Of a DNA stretch of 64,000 bases, positions 26,001 to 29,910 are shown piece by piece. A model generated the notes under the pieces. The model worked only from the letters and a program-made list of their open reading frames with translations, searched no databases and was not told the DNA's origin. The position numbers and the translations under genes are program-made. The stretch covers positions 106,546 through 170,545 of the forward strand of contig CAYPCY010000001.1 of assembly GCA_964409385.1 (NCBI GenBank). Reading direction: 5' to 3'. Numbering within the stretch: the first letter of the stretch is position 1; each line of letters starts with the position of its first letter. The stretch comes from an uncultured Methanosarcinales archaeon (GTDB lineage: Archaea; Nanobdellota; Nanobdellia; Woesearchaeales; CAYPCY01).

Positions 26001-26740
26001 GTTGATCTTTTATACCAGAATGTTATAGTATTACTCCCATAAATTAAAGAGTCATTATCAGATATGTTAATTTCAGAATTAGAACCATCAAAAAGAAATG
26101 CACCACCAACTTTTCCTGAAGAACTCCAAGTGGCACCGCCTTCAATCCCATCATTACCATAAGTGGAATAATCATTAACCGTACTTGAATTAACATCAAA
26201 AGGCATGTTCAATACAGCTATTGAAGTTCCTTCTACCCTCCAGTCTGTAATATTGTAAACAGTATCTCCACCAATATCACTGGTTGAATAACTTATTGTC
26301 AAGTTGGAAATATTAGTTGGATTAAGAGGCGTTAAATCAACAGAATTTATCGTTGGTGTTGCTTGTGAAGTAAACACTTCCTTGTCAATAACATCTCCTG
26401 TTTCAAAGGTTCCTCCTGAACTGCTTCCTCCAGAATCGGGTGTTTGATCATTAGTTCCTGATCTTGTTTCTGGAGGGGGTTCTTCCTCTTCAGGTTCTCT
26501 ACTAGGTTGTTTCTCAATTGGTTTTTCTATAATATCTCCTTCTTTAGGAGTTTCTTTTGGAGATGCTGGTTTTTCTGTATAGTCTGGAGTTCCTGGTTTT
26601 TCTACAGGGTCTGTAAATCCAAAATCGTCAGTAACTACTGCTGCAAATCCTGTTGGAGAAGGTTGTAAAACTAATGAAAATAAGAAAGTGATTACTATAA
26701 AGAGCACTAGTTCTAAAACTCTATGATTCCCCCGTTTCAT
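11084..26740 (-). CDS. giant (5218 aa) secreted surface protein with a C-terminal single TM helix and a cytoplasmic HerA/FtsK-type (DUF87-like) P-loop ATPase tail
   Basis: N-terminal signal peptide (MKRGNHRVLELVLFIVITFLFSLVLQ) and a Pro/Glu-rich linker. At least 3 LamG/ConA-like lectin modules show the recurring DDYIxL...LDEVxIYxRxLSxxQIxxLY pattern. Two Gly-rich beta-helix-like modules carry GGGGxxGGGG runs. Hundreds of N-x-S/T sequons are present. The TM helix is YRIAGIIPVWVILGIIIFLGLNFGMF. The ~640-aa tail has Walker A THTIVAGATGGGKTVAA, Walker B LLMIYDEVHRLL, an REFRKWGVGLVLISQ arginine-finger box as in HerA/VirB4, and a coiled-coil plus an alpha/beta domain of unknown function. Confidence 0.85.
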   Translation of the reverse strand: MKRGNHRVLELVLFIVITFLFSLVLQPSPTGFAAVVTDDFGFTDPVEKPGTPDYTEKPASPKETPKEGDIIEKPIEKQPSREPEEEEPPPETRSGTNDQTPDSGGSSSGGTFETGDVIDKEVFTSQATPTINSVDLTPLNPTNISNLTISYSTSDIGGDTVYNITDWRVEGTSIAVLNMPFDVNSSTVNDYSTYGNDGIEGGATWSSSGKVGGAFLFDGSNSEINISDNDSLIYGSNTITFWYKRSTEANVGYAWYHYTGSSDRYSIQIETDNIVIDSYDGTGVGGQYSVHSTNNDTDWHFIAVTTELPHITVGCDGNNVYFDGQLTTISFEYCDGNDATINPIADVKIGYQFEGLIDKFLFFNRVLTTDQINEIYLAGFNNHSLEKIVHNETRAEENWSVMLTATDTENEAQLLSNTVQVKLNIPVVNSVFLNSSSSYNTSVDNLTVKINSSHTNDKSIINITDWRINGTSIAVLNMPFDTNSSSSIKDYSTYDNDGTVTGPVWTDNCKVGGCYSFDGIDDYLTIPYNESLNLTTELTIVGWMNYEGSVGASDNFIIEQYNTSLLKGWYLQILNNTGIVKIKASMRLEDGTGSITTFSTTPLSAGTWYHFALTLKNNTGIGSLFLNGNKEYMSSKTTSSGLSVPQNNIQIGRSDDNIGSSEWNGSIDEISVYDRILSADQINELYLAGFNNHSLEKIIGEEINTEENWTVMVTSTDTDQEASALSNIISVTQALNFTVLLNSTSAYNFTTDNLTSHINETYNPLGLAYTNITDWRIDGNSIAVLNYPFDTDYETIVKDYSSYGNNGTLGSGSLSNSPNWTSSGYKGGAYIFDGVDDYIELENVSNLSNDITLSAWINASSEGVIMKIGKEEINSLKFFEDWESGSISSNWTVSSSNSYGDVDVSSNSDCGSPYAGSNHLILRSTSNSNLVNNTVKTNFSLAGISNLTFNFYHIDDSGDDEEDSCSSHSGLFANCDGVFFTCDGSYWYKITDLANDNTYTNYDFDLTNNITEQCGGTTNSSFSIKFSQKDDFPCSSDGRAIDNINLTSQDVSSLNLNTINGGEIRLGYDNVTYSGNLNDKNWHLITGTFTNSNLSLYVDGTYQGSTTSSNLIPTSENMTIGSNSTGSYFNGTLDEVMIYKRALSPEQISLLFQNKNLELSSSESDRAEMWAVVSTASIGSEDVYSIESNNITINENSCDSGNQFTTCYITTAKIWNGSYEFNNLIVQSGGSLTHSTNSDMNRIDAFNSVKNYWLEINATNLTIESGGLINVSGKGYSGGDHSEDNGTGYGLGGGGESIGEGGGGGGYGGQGGEGYYDENNEGITYGSVSNPADLGSGGGSGDGRNQSENNTGIGGGLVILNILDNLTINGQILADGTEGLTGTSSYLFDGSGGGSGGTISINTSILGGIGNITSVGGDGGEDIEGSHNGGGGGGGRIKVNLDVNISGFTGQTNVSGGTGPGSAGDGLKGSFRSPNLVIEDGLTETLSDNVTLNSILLSSGTLNIQEGNTITTNSLNLSTGTVNNNGTLIVNNDAIVNGSITYNGKLEVLQDLTITGSLTHSSNDGLSINEAKDGNKTYWLDITAENLTITSSGEINIDGKGYYGGTIEDDGRGVLNGSDDGGGEQYSLPSRCSGGSGGGFGGFGGRCEYGNFSGNRWSCPTSYRGEPYGSETNVTFLGSGGASSCFGTCNDENSGDGGDGGGLLILEVKNTLNLTGNITSIGGGSSYLSSTTCSGGGSSLGTYGGGGSGGGISIKTSLITGAGLISVKGGASGSTSFDGGGGAGGRILISYSNNYSFTGTIDTAGGYVASGNAEEGDAGSFFNTSFPIVRTVEIIPTTYSQKILKGYCNATEPEGNPISYSWKWYADGVLNESGTTSSYTEGIEVNINNVTTDSSIHKNWTFSCNANTTVESYWKNSTSFKWLDIPNVTTVRITPTTAYTDDILLGYCNTSADPDSDLITYNWKWYNESVTYSSGSRSSFSTAVEINVQNLTANIAKKYQNWTFSCMANDTYSGDWMNETITILNKPPEQPTLNLTEPIYVLQTLNASANTTDADGDSFNFIFKFYNLNDSEELNVIFSTGFESGVMNSQFSNLSNYTGVVGIVDNESCQSGGKYCGEPFKGNYQLRMDMAGTPNEYHHNILYWNNNSISDYNDIKLSFYIKDHGEESNSCTASYDNINNITDCDGVFVKCSDNKYKLVENIDISASNNGVWYYKTYNISQNANNQCGGDGKAYGWAITKYDDAAITGDTTVDGFTIDNLYITGTGSDYSRNNYTIQITDAHDTIRVRTYANDTENISVIREQNITVLNTPPSQDTTIPNQSWFENNDLTLTLSDYFSDLDEDDINYTITPATNLSYNINNITKVITITPDTNFYGTRLVNFTANDTRNTTVSNNVNLTIYDAVTTAELIVPDVTITDYSSGSTYNYIVNATLNNTGFGLMHDSLIYDSDTPNIIDSVQRLDNCDSIVYPNKNCTVRMNITISDSAQVFSYTFTWGANWTNNDTTEAYIITTSSLTITGNPVMELDNHTLLHNTNISSSKIFNYIVNSTGNKDLNHVKLNVTEINSSWFKFNSSFTSWNPTLNEWDPLQDGFAADLEVNVTVTNFTNGTYTGFINITTTEGLNDSINITIIINPLMTTHNISAVQSRNSSIEYLMNISSVGNAKLVNVNTTFIEQTLNESWVSFNNSIFNLTENNKQVIPINITLPEFLSPGNYSSIINVSTDNVDSQIVNISIEVPTNSTWYFTPAYNQSKVFNLNQEGNLANLTIKNIGNIPLNFTISYDNIPGLDSCSSINCITENHTESLELYNPTSVYVDKNSTYNLKVWVLDPNGYISNYESGVQINISNNTASPSSNIAFMFFNVTDTEPVITSFKKLVNGVETSNVELGKNITFEAIVQDDVNVNETERNWTINGTNYYGQFVNWPESSGYEDAELFNLTYETNKTGNHSVYFQVYDTSGKNGNTTEYFMVHGNTTLSFASSQVNANNVTNLWGENITFPVNITNSGYATAYNVNLTGTIEDWNVTGNFLGNISVGATKQTNLTIEIPKKSVGLYTNGVRFIANFTNTDGTNGSESSTTGTLLIEENHYYTINNFSTVYNVTHGQLNITNFTITALGNDNTQLLITVDSPPENTTIELSKNNTVYSNSLDFTTSLTEITKGQTQTIFVRFNTTLGQTPGSYSYNINFTGANNVNDKTESSSANVLTDNSWNLSTNELNVSRQANETGTITDLIINNLGNTELNFTTNISGNVSQITTNLNTSLTIQKQESRSIQLNYTTPDDNTLYNGTIFVNNTETGVNETINFNFRVLKLILNILKIEAPEKVVSGDQINTTVKLTWTDTNHISTNTTYKAYINNTECTIFTTDDTTSNTTLECYAPSTTDAVNHTLKIIANYTISGSDVTVTKETTNAVFYKDVTVPVVNLINLTDVDSGTDINITVNATDNNAITTVNFSVELFGGGTHNDDLSAAGTDIYTGTIASTVYDGVGLFQVTVYATDSENNTGTGTGYFEVRQNGTFQGQLIDQNNNPLLANFSINNTVKNFYLENSTNSTGHYNFTIPKRQYITKIQIEGFNFTINEADFRKVPSNFLTVDTLLGSETAGQLQGSITGISFENNFSSNGTVIKEYNSFMSDIAIEDDLRIYQCNSWNVTGKNCLQDWNALTTTIDKVNKRITSTFDTFANGNRSFVLAQQPESSLAELTLDTTTLTYTINHSQTVSKQLTVQSTGTFPLVGVLATCVSGTVCNNFTIDTIYYTQIPAGSTRYMDVNITVPKHYPAGTYIGSLKITSNDADQQVLLTVTVPEDKSYNASLTNDRVTVGSQVQGVIGYLNITNIGNTELFLNITTNLELPTNTTVSSNTTNLISINYTAPDTKNFYTYAINLSYDKNFAAYINVTSHTKILTISPSTGIKSGDTINITTATEGSGTLESFKVYIDGSTCQVTSGTSETVQCTAPTITTGDLTKNFTLKAVYDTSHAYDYSTVTYLDVFGPTIVNYTDSFTPGSITLKTYLTDETGIGSSTNAKVYETVSPYTEREVTNSVSGSLLTNTLTITTENDYNISYNLVDSLGNTRNTSELFEVFNTRSITGSVKDFNGTSSNAELTLYRWTGDTKGTNITLDSDGDYTATIPDRTFSKTSFNFNNFIVNFINVNASQLNENFILEKLNTTAFSIAGTGINHAGIAGNISLTNNISIEFDYDTSLVNDPSRLVVAKCTNWSSIDDACQSGWTSINTTLDQTNNKITANTTGFSAYVLTEHAAAGFVIGDGICTISLGESFQNSPEDCAAFQNVTQVLTLVSTSSTASTSTQVADMGNLTLTAIEELLQKYMQKTSEFTVDTARISRQLYPGEITDTKVGIVNGLQEAAALVVQLSGEITDFITVVNQIIEIPPGEKGDVEIRIAIPYETKPRMYQGDLVLMLADAIVNSIPVEIRVLELREKLLDLKITPLQDRIPPGKTLKIQADVYNLGMSKRVDVQLLLELVDQSTLEVLAAAEEAIAIETTISVIKTLKIPEDLIKGRYVLRGTATYPSGTGFNMTATSLATVLVSDYWYNYRIAGIIPVWVILGIIIFLGLNFGMFEFYEYRKRKKSRYKIQIDYSALPKPEGKVAFLGNVAETSIRTFVELEKLKTHTIVAGATGGGKTVAAQDIAEEALKHNTAVIVFDPTAQWTGFLRKSENKPMLKLYHKFQMKRNEARAFNGNVHVVENPRQKVSIKKFMKPGEIHVFVINKLSQKDVDLFVANTIRQVFRENLPESPELKLLMIYDEVHRLLPKFGGSGAGFLQIERGAREFRKWGVGLVLISQVLSDFIGEIKANISTEIQMKTKDEGDLERIKTKYGIDIMQSLIKAGTGTGMIENADYNKGRAYFVNFRPLLHNIERLDDQALANYSKYNTIIEDLEYQLEELEKEKVDVFDVRIEVNLATEKLKSGNFNMVQIYLESVLPRVEALWKGINKTVKKKPLELVEDEELIKELAQAKKEREEYLKKTGHEIFNPRLLERKLRSRNLYIVEEKKNTISLKLVKSNMEGRKILSFTRENPELLLKDIPQDKSYWITLEQGKETLSPTDIDKIYRAFVDYILKENNPVVFFDSFLFIMKNTSFDRAIYLLDHMKDKISTKDGIILVSIDTDTLTPEQKEQLETEFSIVHGWTAEKKVLTEEKKVVKEETKKEKTLEDEIEELKNSEKTKDITKLRLDSLANDLKNARKIKDDKEIEKIKKELANFK

Positions 26741-26844
26741 AAACCCCAGGTTTTATGTCGACAAATTAACTATATAAAACTTTCGAAAAGAACATTAATT
26801 TTCGAACAAATAATTTTTATATGATTTAATTAATTATTACTAAA

Positions 26845-27879
26845 ATGAAAAAACTTCCCAAGCCAAAAAAACCTAAGGGTTACAAAGAAAAAAAAGCAGT
26901 TAAAGAAATTAAATTCAAGGCTAAACCTCCTAAAAAGTCTGGTTTAATGCCTGGTTTTATGAAGGATCCTTCTGATTTAGAAACTGTAAGGGAGAGTTTA
27001 GGACTTAAGAAAAAACCTGAAGGACTTAAAAAATTAAGAGAAGTATTAGAACCTCCAAAAGAGTCTGATCCTTTAGAAACTTATGCTGATGATATTCTTG
27101 CCATGGAAGATTTTGAAATTCCAAAACTAAAGTCTGAAAAGACATTAATGGACAAAACAATATCACAAATAAGTATTAAGAAAGAATTATTGAAATTAAG
27201 AAGAGAAAAAAGACAATTACAGGAGGAACAACAACAAATTAAGGAAATTCTTGTTAAAACTACAGAAAGAAAAAGCAAGCCAGTAATTTCTGATGTTTAT
27301 AATGAGGTTAAGAAGACATTAAACAAACTAAAAAGTAAGTCTGAAAAACTTAAAGAAAAAGAAAGAATTCTCTTTCATAAATTCAAAAAGTTAATGCTTG
27401 CTGGAAAAACTATTGAACAAGCCAACTTAAGTATTAATGAAAGATTTGCTAAAATTAGGGAACTTCAAGAACAGGTAGAATCTCATGAAGTCAAGATAGA
27501 ATCAGTTACTTCTTTCAATTCATTAAATGCTTTCATTAAAGATATTGATTTTTATTTAACAGCCGTAAAAAATAGAAAATCAAAACTAAAAATTAATTCA
27601 GAATTCATAGAAAAAGAACAACAATTTCATAGGTTTTTAAAGAACAGAATAATAAACAAAAAAAGTCTTAATGCTAGTTTAACTAGAGAAGTTCAAGGGT
27701 TAGAAAAAGTCGAAATTTATAATTTAATAGATGAAACTTTTACTTTATTAAGAAAAGAACAAATAGAAGATGCAAGAAATAATTATAAATTAATTAGAAA
27801 GAAATATTCTGAATCTAATATTAAAAATCCTGAAATTTACGATTCAATATATTCACTTTACGAAACTATAACTTCTTAA
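26845..27879 (+). CDS. Lys-rich coiled-coil protein, function unknown
   Basis: 344 aa. The N-terminus MKKLPKPKKPKGYKEKKAVKEIKFKAKPPKK is extremely basic, followed by long heptad-like Lys/Glu segments. Confidence 0.5.
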   Translation: MKKLPKPKKPKGYKEKKAVKEIKFKAKPPKKSGLMPGFMKDPSDLETVRESLGLKKKPEGLKKLREVLEPPKESDPLETYADDILAMEDFEIPKLKSEKTLMDKTISQISIKKELLKLRREKRQLQEEQQQIKEILVKTTERKSKPVISDVYNEVKKTLNKLKSKSEKLKEKERILFHKFKKLMLAGKTIEQANLSINERFAKIRELQEQVESHEVKIESVTSFNSLNAFIKDIDFYLTAVKNRKSKLKINSEFIEKEQQFHRFLKNRIINKKSLNASLTREVQGLEKVEIYNLIDETFTLLRKEQIEDARNNYKLIRKKYSESNIKNPEIYDSIYSLYETITS

Positions 27880-28879
27880 TAACCTTATCTACATGTCTTA
27901 AATAATCTATAACATCTGCTAATTTTGTAGTGTGCCTAGCAACTAAATCTTTTAATTTATCATTTGTTTTTCTTAACTCTTCATAACCAACTTCTAAAGA
28001 ATCTACAATTTCATTTTTATCATCAACTTTGTTTTTAGTATTTTCAGAAGTGTCTAAGACAGTTCCTAATTGTTCAAGAACTTCTCCTTGCTTATTTAAC
28101 AAATTAGAGTATTTTTTTTCGAACTTTTCAATATTCTCATCACTTGCCTTACTATCCCTATCTAATTTTTCAATCTTTTGAGAATGTTCTTTAAGCTCTT
28201 CTAATCTTTTATCAAATTCTACAAATCTTGATTCGTTCTTGCCTTGGAAACTATTTAATTCTTGTTTTCCAACAAATTTCTCCATATTAATCTTTAAATT
28301 ATCAAATTCTTTTCTCATTTCTTTAAAGCTCTCATCTAATAATTTTGCAATTTGTTCATATTTTTTGAAGTCTTGAAAATTTTCTTTAACTTGCATAAAA
28401 ATATTTTCTACCTTGTTAGAATTCTTATCAACCATTGCAGATAATCTCTCCATAGCACCAAGGTTTTTCTTGGTTTCCTGACTCATTTTAAAAACTTCTT
28501 CAACACCCTTAAATTTTGCAACATCCCTTCTTAATTCTGCAATTTGTTCCAAAAACTTTTCTCCAAGAACTTGATTACTTTCTATCTTTGCTCTTAATCC
28601 TTCCATCTTAGCTTCGGACTTTTGAGTTTCAAGAATTATTTTTTCAGGCTCTAATTGTGTTACTAAATCTTCAGCCTTTGTTGCCTTTGCCTCTACTCTT
28701 CCAAGTGATTTTTCTAGATTTGCTAATGATGTTCTTATTTCTCCAATAATCTCATCATGTCTTGAGAATTTTTCAGAATTTACCTTCCTTAATTCAGTGG
28801 TTGCTTCTGCTTGTGCTTTTAACTTCTCCACTTCTGCCTGTAATTGTGCAATTATTGCATCTTTAGAATCTTCTGCCAA
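27866..28879 (-). CDS. coiled-coil protein (SMC/intermediate-filament-like heptads), function unknown
   Basis: 337 aa, almost entirely E/K/L/Q-rich predicted coiled coil. It is convergent with, and overlaps by 14 nt, the preceding gene. Confidence 0.5.
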   Translation of the reverse strand: MAEDSKDAIIAQLQAEVEKLKAQAEATTELRKVNSEKFSRHDEIIGEIRTSLANLEKSLGRVEAKATKAEDLVTQLEPEKIILETQKSEAKMEGLRAKIESNQVLGEKFLEQIAELRRDVAKFKGVEEVFKMSQETKKNLGAMERLSAMVDKNSNKVENIFMQVKENFQDFKKYEQIAKLLDESFKEMRKEFDNLKINMEKFVGKQELNSFQGKNESRFVEFDKRLEELKEHSQKIEKLDRDSKASDENIEKFEKKYSNLLNKQGEVLEQLGTVLDTSENTKNKVDDKNEIVDSLEVGYEELRKTNDKLKDLVARHTTKLADVIDYLRHVDKVIKKL

Positions 28880-28994
28880 TGTTCACCTCTTACTTAGAAA
28901 TAGACAACTACCTATATAAAAATTATTCTAAAATTATTGCTTATTTCTACTAGAAACCAAAATATTTAAATAAGCTGTTAAATTATTTTAACAG

Positions 28995-29510
28995 ATGTTA
29001 AGAAAAATTAACAGTTTGAACCTTTTTTTTAAAGATAATTATAGAAGAATAAATATTAGGGAATATGGTCGTTTACAAAATATCAGTCCTCCAACCGCTT
29101 CTAAATTCCTGGCCTCTTTTCAAAAAAGTGGATTACTAAAAAAGGAAGAACACAAACAATATTTATATTATTATGCTAATAAAGAGAATAGTCTTTTCAT
29201 CGAATTATCCAGAATTTACTGGAAATCAGTTCTAGAAAAAATAGGAATTATTGATTTTCTTGAAAAAGAATTACTAACTCCCATAATAATTTTATTCGGT
29301 TCAATATCTAAAGCAGAAGCACGGCCAGAATCAGATATTGATCTAGCAATATTCACAACCAGTGATAAAAACATCAAATTAAACAAATTTGAAAAGAAAC
29401 TTAATAAAAATATTCAATTATTCATATTCAAAACACGAAAAGATGTTAAGAATCCTGAATTACTAAATAATATTCTAAACGGGTACAAAATAAAAGGAGC
29501 TTGGCAATAA
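28995..29510 (+). CDS. MNT-type nucleotidyltransferase with N-terminal wHTH
   Basis: GS-x10-DxD pattern: ILFGSISKAEARPESDIDLAIF. Confidence 0.6.
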   Translation: MLRKINSLNLFFKDNYRRINIREYGRLQNISPPTASKFLASFQKSGLLKKEEHKQYLYYYANKENSLFIELSRIYWKSVLEKIGIIDFLEKELLTPIIILFGSISKAEARPESDIDLAIFTTSDKNIKLNKFEKKLNKNIQLFIFKTRKDVKNPELLNNILNGYKIKGAWQ

Positions 29511-29905
29511 TGGATTGGAAAGAATGTATTAATAGAAGAATAATAAAAGAAGTTGGAAAAGATAATAATCTTATTAAATCCACTAGACAAATAGCAAGTA
29601 TTAAAGTTAAATCTGCAGATTTTTTATCAAATGATTTGTATTATGGAAAGATTTCTCTTCTTTATGATGCTCTAAGAGAATATTTAGAATGTATTGCTTT
29701 AGAAAAAGGATATAAAATATATAATCACGAATGCTACTCTGCCTTTTTAAAAGAAATAATTAATCTATCTAATGAAGCAGATAAGTTTGATAATTTAAGA
29801 AAAATTAGAAATGGAATTAATTATTATGGACAAGAATTCTCTCAAGTAGAAGCTAATAAAATAATAAAAGACTTAAAAGAATTAATTAATAAATTTCAAA
29901 AATGA
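29501..29905 (+). CDS. HEPN domain protein, cognate partner of the upstream nucleotidyltransferase
   Basis: 134-aa all-alpha protein immediately downstream, overlapping the NTase gene by 10 nt. This is the typical MNT-HEPN pair arrangement. Confidence 0.55.
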   Translation: MAIMDWKECINRRIIKEVGKDNNLIKSTRQIASIKVKSADFLSNDLYYGKISLLYDALREYLECIALEKGYKIYNHECYSAFLKEIINLSNEADKFDNLRKIRNGINYYGQEFSQVEANKIIKDLKELINKFQK

Positions 29906-29910
29906 TTTTT

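Noticed and set aside
11193-26740. About 25 ORFs of 60-155 aa on the plus strand inside the giant gene (e.g. 11193..11432, 13800..14081, 15618..16085, 22275..22463)
   Set aside because: All lie antisense to, and wholly within, one continuous 15.7-kb ORF with a coherent domain structure. Their translations are low-complexity (Leu/Phe/Ser-rich, from the AT-rich antisense of Asn/Thr/Glu codons) and have no independent signals.
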